NCBI GenBank assembly: GCA_965199955.1
Contig: CBDATQ010000002.1
Location: 1,024,001 to 1,088,000 of the forward strand
From: Spirochaetia bacterium
GTDB taxonomy: Bacteria; Spirochaetota; Spirochaetia; SZUA-6; Bin103
Direction: 5' to 3'
DNA: 64,000 nt
A program made the position numbers and the translations under genes. Shown in pieces: positions 11,331 to 23,868 of the stretch. Below the pieces are notes generated by a model. The model did not search any database and was not told where the DNA came from. It was given only the letters and a program-made list of their open reading frames with translations. Each line of letters starts with the position of its first letter. Position 1 is the stretch's first letter.

Positions 11331-12725
11331 ATGTTCCAGGAGTATCCACAGAAAGACGTCAACGAACCGATCCTGTTGCATCAGGGTCGATTTGGGCTCC
11401 GATGGGTCGACGACCAACTCTCCGAGGGACCGGGTTCGGCCCGCTTGATCTGGCTACCTTCGCCAGGCATCGAAATCGACATCGACATCGGAACTGATGC
11501 GCTGAGGACTGATCTCAATTCCGTAACCTTGGAGTTGCCGGGTTTCGAAACAAACAACGTGGTAGTTAAATCGTTATCCGTCGGGCCGCATGGCCGACGA
11601 GTCCGCGTATTCGTCAGTAAGCTGGAATCGGGCTGCGAACGAGATCCCCTCGTGACCGTTGGATTCCAACTCGTCAATTTCACCGACGTCATCACGCCAG
11701 AGCTGTTCGCCGCGCCCGACGATCCGATGACGCTCACTTACGCACGGAAAGAAGCCCAACAACTTCTAAAACGAGGAGGCGTGGTTACCCGCTCGACGGC
11801 CAGCCTCGAACACGATGGTTGGCAGGTCGACCTCGTTGCGGTGTCCGGTGCCGCTGACGTGTACAAGGGCCTGGAGAGTTCCGGCGGATACGGGTTCACG
11901 CATGTCGGTCGGTTGACGAGGGTCGACGGGTCCGCATTCACCGCGGAGCGCGCGAGTACGATTCTTAAGTCGTTGACCGCCTTTTTGACGTTCGCGCGCG
12001 GGGCTGCGTGCAGTATTCCCATTCGTTGGGGGTACGGGACTACGGGAGAGGTCGATTGGCGACAATTCTGCTGGCCAGTGGTTGACAGATGGACCTCCAG
12101 TCAATCCTCCTGGTTCGATAAAAAAAGTGGTTCCCTCCTGACGGAAATGTTCGACGCGTTCTGTCAGAAGCACAACGACAAGGCCCTCCGGGAGTCGTTG
12201 GTCGTTGCGCTCCACTGGTACCGCCACTGCAACACGCAGTCGAGCGGCATGGAAGGCTCACTCGTTCTGGGGATGGCGGCACTCGAACTACTGAGCGCTC
12301 TCGTCGTCGCTGGGCAAAATCAGATGTCAGTTGCGAAACACGACCGTCTTAGCGCTGCGAAGAAGCTCCGCGTCCTGCTGCAAGCACTCAAGGTTACAGC
12401 GGACATTCCGTCCCGGTTCAAGGCGCTGACCACCTTTGCCGCGAACACGGAAAAGTCCGACTCGTGTGAGGCGATAGTAGCATTGCGGAACGGATTCGTC
12501 CACTCCAACGAAACACGAAGAAAGGTCGTGTTCGGGGCGGACGGCAGTGCGGCGACGTCCGATGCATGGTGGTTGTCGCTCTGGTATCAGGAACTTGCGC
12601 TGCTCTACCTATTGAACCACCGGGGAAGCTACGCAAACCGAACGACCGCGGGTTGGGAGGGACAAGTCGAACCGGTCCCATGGAGTGGCTGTTCTTCCGC
12701 TGCCGGTGATGAGGGCGCGCGGTGA
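11331..12725 (+). CDS. Hypothetical protein with C-terminal HEPN-like RxxxxH motif (ApeA-like architecture)
   Basis: 464 aa, GAGG RBS, helical C-terminus with LRNGFVHS; visibly more AT-rich than the flanks. Confidence 0.65.
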   Translation: MFQEYPQKDVNEPILLHQGRFGLRWVDDQLSEGPGSARLIWLPSPGIEIDIDIGTDALRTDLNSVTLELPGFETNNVVVKSLSVGPHGRRVRVFVSKLESGCERDPLVTVGFQLVNFTDVITPELFAAPDDPMTLTYARKEAQQLLKRGGVVTRSTASLEHDGWQVDLVAVSGAADVYKGLESSGGYGFTHVGRLTRVDGSAFTAERASTILKSLTAFLTFARGAACSIPIRWGYGTTGEVDWRQFCWPVVDRWTSSQSSWFDKKSGSLLTEMFDAFCQKHNDKALRESLVVALHWYRHCNTQSSGMEGSLVLGMAALELLSALVVAGQNQMSVAKHDRLSAAKKLRVLLQALKVTADIPSRFKALTTFAANTEKSDSCEAIVALRNGFVHSNETRRKVVFGADGSAATSDAWWLSLWYQELALLYLLNHRGSYANRTTAGWEGQVEPVPWSGCSSAAGDEGAR

Positions 12726-13014
12726 GGGAGCCGCCGCTTTGGATCTGCTCACGGCGACGGTCCACCGCTCGGCCTGGGGACACGGAGGGCGGGGCATGAG
12801 AGATGACGGGCGAGCAGGCGCCCGCGTTTCATCACAGTTGGAATTCACCGTAGAAGCGGCGGGCCGGTTCGGCGCGGGTGTACACCATCGGCTCGCCCCA
12901 TGCCGAGCACGACCGCGCCGTGGCCGCCGCCTGCCGCGACCTGTGGTGTCGGCGTTGGCCGAGACGGGACGCGCGGGTTTGACGCGCTGGCGCCGGATAG
13001 GCACCGATGAGCCG

Positions 13015-13230
13015 ATGATGAGGCGCGTAGTCCTGACGGTCATGGTGACCATAGCCGTCGTCGCTGGGCGCAGACAGGGTGGAAGCTCTTTGAGCTTGGC
13101 GTAGACGAAATGACCGACACCGACACGCTACCAGCGCAGCGCCAACGTACACGCGTTCGTTTCGATGATGGTAAGGTGGGCGTTCAGGATTGGATCATCG
13201 ACGATTGGATTGCTGGTAAGAGGACACAGA
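13015..13230 (+). pseudogene. Degraded fragment of a secreted-type protein
   Basis: Signal-like MMRRVVLTVMVTIAVVAG, then frameshifted AQTGWKLFELGVDEMTDTD...RVRFDDG. Confidence 0.3.
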
Positions 13231-13657
13231 TAGGTCTTCTCGGTGCCAGCAGGGACCAAGCTCTGGTAGAAGCGGTACAGTGTGTTTCCACGGGGTGGTT
13301 CCTTGTGGCTTTGTATTTATTGCTGTCATATACAGATAACCACAAGTGCCACCCCGTGTCTATCCCCTTCGTGAGTTTTCCGGGCTATGCGCCGTCTGGT
13401 CTGTGCGGCTGCCTACGGTGCGGGTGCGGTACGGGGGCGAGGAGGAGCCGTCCTATCCCGCAACTGCCCCCCGCCGCCTGTGAGGGTAGGCCCGTCGATG
13501 CCCAGGTGGGCGCGGGCATGCTCATGGAAGGCGATGGCCAGGGTCGTGGTGCCCGCGTACTCGCACCCGCTCAGAATCAGCTTCAGGCCTTCTCCTTTAC
13601 CGCGGAGCCCCATGCAGCATACCCGTTGATCACCGCTGGCGCACGCGGAGCACGCCG

Positions 13658-14674
13658 CTACGGCTCGGTGGGGACGGCCGTGACCCACATCGGGGTGGCG
13701 CCGAGCGGGGCCCGCGCGACGCGGGTCAGCCGGCCATCGGAGTCGCCGATCCGATGTACGGAGAGCCCGCCGGAGGCGGTGCCAGTGGACAGCACGAACC
13801 GCTCGCCGGCGTCCAGACCGAACGCCCGTGGCCCCGCCTCGGTCGGCGCGTGGCCGCTCACGCGCAGAGCGCCGTCGTCATCGACGACGAAGCTGACCAT
13901 GCTGTCGTGGCCGCCGAGCGGCGCGAACAGCAGGCGGCCGTCGGACGTGATGCGGATCTGCGTGCAGCCGGTGGTTCCGGTGTAGCCGGAAGGAATCATC
14001 GACACGGTGTCCTCTTCAGTGAGCGCACCGGTGCGCGGGTCGTAGCGGTAGCGGGTCACGCTCGACCCCTGCTCGTTGCAGGCGTACAGCAGCGGCAGGC
14101 GCGGGTGGAAGCAGCAGTGTCGGGGGCCGGCCTCGTTGCGGGCGTGCACGAACGGCGGGTCGAGCGGGGAGAGCCGGCCGCTGGCCGCGTCGAACCGGTA
14201 CTGCCAGATGGCGTTGGGACCCACGCCCGCGGCGATGTGCAGGGCGTACGCGAAGCGGTTGCCCGGATCGGTCTGGAACGAGTGCGCCGACAGCGCCGTG
14301 TCCCGCCACTCGACCGTCGCGGGTTCGAGCGACCCGTCGTCGCGGACGGCATGCACGTGCACGCCTTCGCCGCGGTAATAGGAGGAGAGCAGGAACGCCC
14401 CGCTGCGGTCGGTGCGCATGAAGTTGGGGTCGGAGCGGACGCTGATCGTACCGAGCAGCCGCAACTCGCCGCCGGGCTGGATCGCGTAGCTGGAGATCTG
14501 CCGGGAGCGTCGCTGCCCGACGTAGAGAAACCGGCGCCGCGGATCGACGGCCAGCGGCGCGGGCCCGCCGCTCGCGGCCACCGGCGCCAGCGGCTCCAGC
14601 GCACCGGATTCGTCCAGGGCGAGCCGGGCGATGCGGTCGTCGTCCCGCAGGGAGACGAGCAGGACCTGCGTCAT
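13658..14674 (-). CDS. Lactonase family beta-propeller (6-phosphogluconolactonase-like)
   Basis: AGPRHCCFHP, AHSFQTDP, GPRAFGLD motifs. Confidence 0.88.
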   Translation of the reverse strand: MTQVLLVSLRDDDRIARLALDESGALEPLAPVAASGGPAPLAVDPRRRFLYVGQRRSRQISSYAIQPGGELRLLGTISVRSDPNFMRTDRSGAFLLSSYYRGEGVHVHAVRDDGSLEPATVEWRDTALSAHSFQTDPGNRFAYALHIAAGVGPNAIWQYRFDAASGRLSPLDPPFVHARNEAGPRHCCFHPRLPLLYACNEQGSSVTRYRYDPRTGALTEEDTVSMIPSGYTGTTGCTQIRITSDGRLLFAPLGGHDSMVSFVVDDDGALRVSGHAPTEAGPRAFGLDAGERFVLSTGTASGGLSVHRIGDSDGRLTRVARAPLGATPMWVTAVPTEP

Positions 14675-16173
14675 GCTCCGTCGACGGTGGCGTGGATGAC
14701 GACGTCGTGGCGGAAGGGCTCCAGGGCGATGCGGGTGGCCGGTCCTCCCTGCAGGCGTTCCAGCGGGACGGATCGCCCGGTGGTCGGGTCGAACCTGCTC
14801 ACGGCGAGCGTCGCCTCCGGCAGATCCAGCACCAGCGCTCCGCCGATGGCCGTCCCGGCCTCGCCTGAACCTTCGGCGGGGGCCTGATCCTCCAGGTCGC
14901 GCACGCCCCGGTACTCGCGCGCGTCGGCGACATACACCGTGTAGTCCGCTCCGCGTACGCCGAAGACCACCGCGACCGTGTGCGGCGGCGCGGAGCGCAG
15001 CGCCTCCGGCAGTGGCCGGCTGCGCACCAGGTCCAGGCCGTGCACGTAGGCCGACAAGTGCCGGAACCAGGATCGCAGGTGCTGCTGCGCGTCCGGCGTG
15101 CCCTCCTCCAGGAACGGCTGGATGGAGAAGTCGATCACGTCGTAGTGGGCGCCGCAGAGCACGGACACCCAGGCGCGCTTGCGGTGCACGGTCCAGCCGT
15201 CCGGGTCACGGTACTGGCTGGCGACGTTGTCCTCGTCGTGATTGAGCGGCTTGGACTCGGTGTGCGCGGCCAGGGTCATGTCCCGGAACGCCGCGAGCCG
15301 CAGCTGCTTGCTCATGAAGTCGCCCAGGTGATGGTCGGCGCCGCGCAGCCGCGTGCCCGGCAGCGGATGGACGTTGACCACGTCGTAGTCCATCGCGTCG
15401 TAGCTGCGGTCGATGGTCTGCACGAACGGCCTGTCCACGAACGCCTCCTGCCCGGCGATCGGGTGCCGCCCGGCGCCCTCGTGGTCGGCGTCGCGCACCT
15501 CCGCGATCAGCGCGTCGAGCCAGGCGTTGACCTCGTCCACCAGCGGCCCCTCGGTGGGCACCGCGCGGCCGCCCGGCTCGTTGCAGATCTCGTAGATGAC
15601 GTTGTCGTAGCCGCGAGTCTCGGAGACGATGCGGCGCACGTGCGCGCGCTGCCGCTCGAACAGCGCCGGGTGTCGGATGCTCAGGTACTCGGGGGAGGGG
15701 CAGGGCGGCAGCCCGTTGACGTTGTTCAGAGCGTGCAGGGGGTTCAGCCGCCACACCGGGTCGCCGTACGTGTTGCTGAGCAGCACCACCTCGACCACCA
15801 CGCCCAGCTCGTCCGCCAGGCCGATGAAGCCGTGCAGGCGCTCGTAGAACTCGGGATCGTCGCGGTCCAGGTCGAAGCGCGGCTCACTGTCGAGCGCGAA
15901 GCCGGGACCGGTGCGCGCGAACGGGGCCACGTAGTCGGGGCTTGCGGGCTTGCAGGTCGATGCCGGGTTGATCGGCGTCTGCAGCTCTCGGAACAGCGTG
16001 AACAGCCGCGTCAGCGTCATGCCGTTGGCGGCGGCGTCGCGCAGGTAGCGCTCGAACCGGAACGGCCGGTTGAGCACCGCGCCGTAGTGCTCGGTCGCGG
16101 TCAGCAGGACCAGCGGGCGGCCGCGGAATTCGAACAGCTTGGGGTTGTCGGGATGGATGCGAACGGGTGCCAT
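14671..16173 (-). CDS. Putative glycoside hydrolase (clan A TIM barrel)
   Basis: IYEICNEP acid/base motif; KPLNHDED nucleophile-like motif. Confidence 0.65.
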   Translation of the reverse strand: MAPVRIHPDNPKLFEFRGRPLVLLTATEHYGAVLNRPFRFERYLRDAAANGMTLTRLFTLFRELQTPINPASTCKPASPDYVAPFARTGPGFALDSEPRFDLDRDDPEFYERLHGFIGLADELGVVVEVVLLSNTYGDPVWRLNPLHALNNVNGLPPCPSPEYLSIRHPALFERQRAHVRRIVSETRGYDNVIYEICNEPGGRAVPTEGPLVDEVNAWLDALIAEVRDADHEGAGRHPIAGQEAFVDRPFVQTIDRSYDAMDYDVVNVHPLPGTRLRGADHHLGDFMSKQLRLAAFRDMTLAAHTESKPLNHDEDNVASQYRDPDGWTVHRKRAWVSVLCGAHYDVIDFSIQPFLEEGTPDAQQHLRSWFRHLSAYVHGLDLVRSRPLPEALRSAPPHTVAVVFGVRGADYTVYVADAREYRGVRDLEDQAPAEGSGEAGTAIGGALVLDLPEATLAVSRFDPTTGRSVPLERLQGGPATRIALEPFRHDVVIHATVDGA

Positions 16174-16235
16174 GGCAGCCAGTGTAGCGCTGGCTTCCGT
16201 GCACGGCGCGGGCGCCTGGGGTTCATACTTGTCCC

Positions 16236-17078
16236 GTGGATCGTCCGACGGTGGTCAGCATGCAGAACGCCGGCGTCAAGCGCGTGGTGAGGTTGCGCCG
16301 CAGGAGGGCGCGCGATCGCGAGCGGGCGTTCCTGATCGAGGGCTACCGGGAGTTGCTGCGCGCCGTGGAGGCGCGGCTGCCACTGGAAACGGTCTACCAC
16401 TGTCCCGCGTTCTACCTGGGCGTCAACGAGCCGGCGCTGCTGGACCGCGCCCGCGGGGACTGCGGCGCCGAGCTGGTCCCGGCCGACGATGAGGTGTTCG
16501 CCAAGCTCTCGTACCGCGACCGGCCCGACGGGTTGCTGGCGGTGGCGCCGATGCCGGACTGGACGATCGACGGACTGCCGGAACCGCCGGCCGACCCGCT
16601 CTACGTGGTCGCCACCGCGATCGAGAAGCCGGGCAACCTGGGCACCCTGCTGCGCACCGCCGACGCGGTGGGTGCCGCCGCGCTGATCGTCTGCGACCCG
16701 GTGACCGACGTGTTCAATCCCAACGTCGTGCGCGCCAGCGTCGGCGCGCTGTTCACGGTACCCGCGGCGCAGGCCGGGGCCGAGGCCACGCGGCGCTGGC
16801 TGGCCGCGCGCGGGGTGCGCACGGTCGTCACCACGCCGGCCGCCGAGCGCTGCTACACCGACCATGACCTCACCGGCGCCGTGGCGGTGGTGCTGGGCAA
16901 CGAGCAGTTCGGCCTGGATCATGCGTGGCTGGCCGGTGCCAACGCCGCCGTCTCGATCCCGATGCTGGGCCGCGCCGACTCGGTCAACGTCGCCATGGCG
17001 GGAGCGGCGCTGCTGTTCGAGGCGCTGCGCCAGCGCCGTCAGGCGGCGGTCACATCACAGGTATCAGCGGACCGATGA
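16236..17078 (+). CDS. TrmH/SpoU-family RNA methyltransferase
   Basis: EKPGNLGTLLRTADA, VLGNEQFGL, IPMLGRADSVNVA. Confidence 0.93.
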   Translation: MDRPTVVSMQNAGVKRVVRLRRRRARDRERAFLIEGYRELLRAVEARLPLETVYHCPAFYLGVNEPALLDRARGDCGAELVPADDEVFAKLSYRDRPDGLLAVAPMPDWTIDGLPEPPADPLYVVATAIEKPGNLGTLLRTADAVGAAALIVCDPVTDVFNPNVVRASVGALFTVPAAQAGAEATRRWLAARGVRTVVTTPAAERCYTDHDLTGAVAVVLGNEQFGLDHAWLAGANAAVSIPMLGRADSVNVAMAGAALLFEALRQRRQAAVTSQVSADR

Positions 17079-17095
17079 GCTAAGCTACCCGCGCC

Positions 17096-18544
17096 ATGGC
17101 GAGCGACCGACCCAACATCGTACTGATCCTGACCGACCAGCATCGCGGCGATGCGCTGGGCATCGAGGGCCACCCGGTGCTGCAGACCCCCAACCTGGAC
17201 TGGATTGCCGCCACGGGAGCGCGCTTCAGCCGCGCCTATGCCGAGTGCCCGAGCTGCGTGCCGGCGCGCCGCACGATGATGAGCGGCACGGCGCCGGCGG
17301 CGAACGGCGCGGTGGGCATGGGGCCGGACCCCGACTGGGCGCCGCCCCACCTGCTGGCTGGCGAGCTGACCGCCGCCGGCTACCAGACCGAGATGATCGG
17401 CAAGAGCCACGTGCGCGGCCGCGGTTCGAGCCGCTGGCGCTACGGGTTCGAGCACGTGCAGATCGCCGACAGCAGCAACACCGGCGACTACGCCGAGTGG
17501 CTGGCCGACCGCGGCGTGCGCGATCAGCACGCCGGCTACGCGCACGGGGTGGCCTCCAACGCCTGGGTCGGCCGGCCTCACCACCTGCCGGAGGAGCTGC
17601 TGCACACCTTCTGGGTGGTCGACCGCGCCATCCACTTCCTGGAGCACCGCGACGACGCGCAGCCGTTCTTCCTCAACCTGTCGTTCATCGACCCGCACCC
17701 GCCGTTCACGCCGCCGCGCCACTACTACGACCGCTACATCGACCGCGACCTGCCGGTCCCGCCGGTGGGCGATTGGGCGCTGGACATGCCGGGCGAGCCG
17801 GTGCCGCGCAAGGGCGTCAATCCCAACGCCTGGTACATCGACCTGGACGAGCACGACCGGCGCTGCAGCCAGGCGGCCTACTACGGGATGATCAACTTCA
17901 TCGACGACCAGATCGGCCGGCTGCTGCAGGTGATGAAGACGGAGCTGGCCGACACGGTGTTCCTGTTCACCGCCGACCACGGCGAGATGCTCGGCGACCA
18001 CCATATGTTCCGCAAGTGCTGGCCGTACGAGGGCTCGGCGCGCGTGCCGTTCCTGGTCAGCGGCCCACAGCGCGATCCGCTCTGCTCCGGCGTCGTGTCC
18101 GAGGCGGCGGTCGGGCTGCAGGATCTGATGCCGACCATCCTGGACATCGCCGGCACGCCGGTCCCGGACTCGGTGACCGGCAGGAGCCTGCTGCCGGTCA
18201 TGCGCGGTGAGGCGCAGACCGTGCGCGAGTATCTGCACGGCGAGCACGCCGGCCAGTACGCCTACGACCTAGGACAGCACTACCTGACCGACGGCCACCG
18301 CAAGTACATCTGGTACTCGCAGACGGGCCGGGAGCAGCTCTTCGACCTGGACGAGGACCCGGCGGAGCTGCACAACCTGGCGCCCGCCGGCGGCGCGGAG
18401 CTGGGTCGGTGGCGGGCACGCCTGGTGGAGGTGCTGCGCGACCGGCCGGAGGGTTTCGTCCGCGGCGGCGAGCTCGTCACCGGCCGCCCGCACGACCTGT
18501 TCATCCCCGGCTACGACCCCACGAAGCTGTATCCGTACCTCTGA
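17096..18544 (+). CDS. Sulfatase (formylglycine-dependent)
   Basis: PNIVLILTDQHR, CVPAR (CxPxR), PHPPF, FTADHGEMLGDH. Confidence 0.95.
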   Translation: MASDRPNIVLILTDQHRGDALGIEGHPVLQTPNLDWIAATGARFSRAYAECPSCVPARRTMMSGTAPAANGAVGMGPDPDWAPPHLLAGELTAAGYQTEMIGKSHVRGRGSSRWRYGFEHVQIADSSNTGDYAEWLADRGVRDQHAGYAHGVASNAWVGRPHHLPEELLHTFWVVDRAIHFLEHRDDAQPFFLNLSFIDPHPPFTPPRHYYDRYIDRDLPVPPVGDWALDMPGEPVPRKGVNPNAWYIDLDEHDRRCSQAAYYGMINFIDDQIGRLLQVMKTELADTVFLFTADHGEMLGDHHMFRKCWPYEGSARVPFLVSGPQRDPLCSGVVSEAAVGLQDLMPTILDIAGTPVPDSVTGRSLLPVMRGEAQTVREYLHGEHAGQYAYDLGQHYLTDGHRKYIWYSQTGREQLFDLDEDPAELHNLAPAGGAELGRWRARLVEVLRDRPEGFVRGGELVTGRPHDLFIPGYDPTKLYPYL

Positions 18545-18551
18545 GCGGTTG

Positions 18552-19544
18552 ATGGCGAAGGACGAGAAACCGACGGGCGACAGCCGCGCGCGCCTCGGCA
18601 CGGTGCTCGAACGCCTCGCGGACGGCCGCTTCGTGATCACCGTCGAGCAGACGCAGGCCAGCCAGGCACGATCCTACCGGCGCATGCTGGACAAGGGGCT
18701 GGTCGACGCGGTGACGCTGCCGGACCTGCCGCTGGTCGGCCGTTTCCGCGACCTTCTGGCGCGGCGCAAGCCGGCCGCCCGCGGTCCGCGCGAGCCGCTG
18801 GAGCGGCGCATCGCCGGGGCGTTGGCGAAGAGCGCCGAGCCGGTGTTCACGGTGTCGGCCAGCCTGCGGACCGCCGGCATGGTGGCGCGGCGGGTCGCTG
18901 CCGCACGCGCCGGCGGGTCGGTAGCGCTGCTGGTGCTGTCCGGAGGCGGCCTGGTGCGCCGCCTGTTCGGGATCGTCAAGCTGGGCTGGCTGCTGCCGCA
19001 GAACTCGTTCCGCATCCTGCGCGCGATCCGGCGTGCGCATCCCGATCAGCCGCTGTGGGCGGTCGAGAACCCGATCCTGCCCGGGCCGGCGGCGCGCGCG
19101 CGCCGCATGCAGCGCAAGATCGACGCCGGCGCGGAGGTGATCCTGACGCAGCCGCCGTTCCTGTGGGGCCGATTCACGCGCTGGCTGGCCGAGGTCGAAC
19201 GGCTCGGCGTGACGGCGCCGATCGTCTGCGGCGTGCCGGTCATCACCTCGCCACTGTCGCTGCGCACGTGGCTGTTCCTGGTCGGCTTCACCCGATCACA
19301 CCCGGAGACCGACGCCCTGCTCGACCGTCTGCGGAAGGCGGATGCGCGGGGCGGAGCGGCCGAGGAGGGGATGCGCTACACCGTCGAGCTGCTCCGGCGG
19401 CTGCGCGCCACTCCCGGCGTGGCCGGCGTGCACATGATGCCGATCTTCGCCTGGCGACGGCTGGAGCGGGTCCTCACGGCAGCCGGTCTTGGACCGGAGG
19501 ACCGCTTGGTGGCGGACGGGTGCAGGGTGGCCGGCACGGAGTGA
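18552..19544 (+). CDS. Methylenetetrahydrofolate reductase-like flavoprotein
   Basis: DAVTLPD, RKIDAGAEVILTQP, GVAGVHMM motifs. Confidence 0.7.
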   Translation: MAKDEKPTGDSRARLGTVLERLADGRFVITVEQTQASQARSYRRMLDKGLVDAVTLPDLPLVGRFRDLLARRKPAARGPREPLERRIAGALAKSAEPVFTVSASLRTAGMVARRVAAARAGGSVALLVLSGGGLVRRLFGIVKLGWLLPQNSFRILRAIRRAHPDQPLWAVENPILPGPAARARRMQRKIDAGAEVILTQPPFLWGRFTRWLAEVERLGVTAPIVCGVPVITSPLSLRTWLFLVGFTRSHPETDALLDRLRKADARGGAAEEGMRYTVELLRRLRATPGVAGVHMMPIFAWRRLERVLTAAGLGPEDRLVADGCRVAGTE

Positions 19545-19557
19545 CGGCTCCGCGGGA

Positions 19558-20594
19558 TCAGCGGGCGCCCAAGCGCTCCAGCTCGTCGTCGATGGTGGCG
19601 GCGATCGTCTCGAAGGGGGCCGCGCCGGCCAGCGGCCGGCCGTTTACGAACAGCGCGGGCGTCCCCGAGACGCCCGCCGCGGCGGCCGCGCGGATGTCGT
19701 CTCGCACCGCCTCGTGGTGGCGTCCGGAGTCGAGGCACGCGTCGAACGCCGCGCGGTCCACACCGATCCGCCCGGCCTTGTCTTTGAGATCGGGCACCGA
19801 CAGCGTGGTCTGCTCGGCGAACATCAGGTCGTGCATCTCCCAGAACAGCCCCTGCTCGCCGGCGCAGAGCGAGGCCTCGGCGGCTTTCTGCGCGTTGGCG
19901 TGGATGTCGGCCAGCGGGTAGTGGCGGTAGACCAGCCGCAGCCTGTCCCCGTACTCGCGCTTGGCGCGCTGCAGGGCCGGCTGGACCCTGGCGCAGAACG
20001 GGCATTCGAAGTCCGAGAACTCGACGATGGTCACCGGCGCATCCTGCGGTCCGAGGGTCGGGAAGCCGTCTGCGGCGATGTCCACGCGGAAGGGTTCGAG
20101 CCGGTAGTCGACGGCGAACCGCTGTTCCAGCACGCCCAGAAACTCCACCTCGGCCTGTTGCTCCGCCTGCTGCCTGAGGAAGTCGCGGATCTGACCCGCC
20201 ACGGCCTCCAGCGCGTACGGGATGCGGCTCTGGTTCTCCTTGTAGAACGCCTCGACCGCGGCGTCCTCGATCGACGGCACCGACTCGTATACCGACCCCA
20301 GTATCGCCTGCACGGTCATTCCGGTGCGGGCGGCCTCCAGGTCGAGCAGGCGCTCATGCACGAGCTGCCGGAGAAACGTCTGCAGCACCTCGGCGTGGCT
20401 CCGGTCCGCTTCAACCTGGCAGCGCAGGCGCTCGAGCTCGGTCTCCTCCAGGGAGAACGACGCCACCGTCAGGAGATCGGCGCGCTGCACGGGCTCCCCG
20501 CCGATGGTCGCCACCACGTCATCCGCCCACGCCATCCCGGCACCCGCGAGCAGGAAGACAACCGACAGGCAGCGGAGGGGGGCTGACGGCCGGG

Positions 20595-20598
<4 letters not shown>
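19558..20598 (-). CDS. DsbA/thioredoxin-domain periplasmic protein
   Basis: Signal peptide after GTG 20598 (overlaps copA stop); [16 protein letters not shown]. Confidence 0.88.
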
Positions 20599-22892
<2,294 letters not shown>

Positions 22893-22901
22893 GGGGTCTC
22901 T

Positions 22902-22932
22902 AGCGTCAACCTTCCAGGAACCGGAAGGTCAA
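22902..22932 (-). promoter_or_regulatory. CueR-type operator/promoter of copA
   Basis: Minus strand TTGACC-19 bp-GACGCT containing the dyad ACCTTCC-N7-GGAAGGT (22909-22929). Confidence 0.85.
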
Positions 22933-22971
22933 GAGGAACTCGAGACGGAATGAAGGTTGGCTGAGCCAGGC

Positions 22972-23331
22972 TCATCGCCTCCCTGGTGGCGGTTCTGTGA
23001 CCCACACGGTCTCAGCGACCAGGGTCTTTGCAAAGCGATCCCCGCGGGCCAGCCGGTCGTGCCAGCCGCGCTCGGTGAAGACCGTGACCTCTGCCGGTAC
23101 GGGAAGATCCTCTGTCCTGCCGTGCCAGCTCGCGTCGCCGTCAACCAGCACCAACAGGTCGAGATCGCTGCCGACGCCCCAGTCGCCCCGCGCGTAGGAG
23201 CCGAAGTAGCCGACGGCGCGCACATCCGGTGACTGGCGGCAGGTGTGCGCGGTCCAGGCGACGACGGCGGCGTGAACCTGGTCGGCGTCAGGCCAGCGCA
23301 GTACGGACGAACTCAACGATCTGATTGGCAT
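22972..23331 (-). CDS. Minimal nucleotidyltransferase (MNT)
   Basis: FGSYARGDWGVGSDLDL (GSX10DXD). Confidence 0.88.
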   Translation of the reverse strand: MPIRSLSSSVLRWPDADQVHAAVVAWTAHTCRQSPDVRAVGYFGSYARGDWGVGSDLDLLVLVDGDASWHGRTEDLPVPAEVTVFTERGWHDRLARGDRFAKTLVAETVWVTEPPPGRR

Positions 23332-23665
23332 GCTCGATTGCCTCCGCGCTCTGTCGGGGGCCGTAGTGCTCGAAGGGTGGCCCCTCAGCGTGTCCGTTCG
23401 GGTACCGGGTCGGGACGTAGTAGTTGTCCAGCACGCGTGCCCGCTCTACCAGGTTCTCCCCCGCCGAATCGGGGAGATCGGCCAGCAGCCGTGTCAGGAC
23501 GTGCCCCTCCTGGCCACGAGCCAGGTGCAGCGCCTTCACCGCGAGCTCTGCGGCCTGGTGGGCGGCGAAGCACGCCCACTCGTGGCGCTTCTCCGTCTGA
23601 GAGGCCACCGCCTGGTCCAGGTTGCGCTCAGACTGTGCGAGCCAGTCGCGGGCTCTGTTTGGCAC
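23288..23665 (-). CDS. HEPN domain protein
   Basis: WLAQSERNL, WACFAAHQAAELAVKA, YYVPTRYPN; overlaps the MNT gene. Confidence 0.88.
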   Translation of the reverse strand: MPNRARDWLAQSERNLDQAVASQTEKRHEWACFAAHQAAELAVKALHLARGQEGHVLTRLLADLPDSAGENLVERARVLDNYYVPTRYPNGHAEGPPFEHYGPRQSAEAIEHANQIVEFVRTALA

Positions 23666-23815
23666 GCCTACACTATACCGTCCGGCAGGAGCGTCGGCGC
23701 CGCATTACCTCGTGAATCCACTCGACAGGAGAGCAGCCTGGCCGACTCCGGCTGCAGCGACCACCGACGCGTGCCATCCGCAAATCGCGGCCGGCTCATG
23801 CCCGGTTGAGGGGGG

Positions 23816-23846
23816 TTGACCTTCCAGTCACTGGAATGTGTTCTAT
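23816..23846 (+). promoter_or_regulatory. CueR-type operator/promoter upstream of cueR
   Basis: TTGACC-19 bp-TTCTAT with dyad ACCTTCCAGTCACTGGAATGT. Confidence 0.8.
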
Positions 23847-23868
23847 CGGTTCCGGAGGGGGTGCAGTC

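Noticed and set aside
13289..13358. Integron attC site
   Set aside because: No properly placed RYYYAAC/GTTRRRY cores and no integrase.
13110..13985. 291-aa plus-strand ORF
   Set aside because: A composite of gene scraps, a hairpin and antisense overlap with the lactonase gene.
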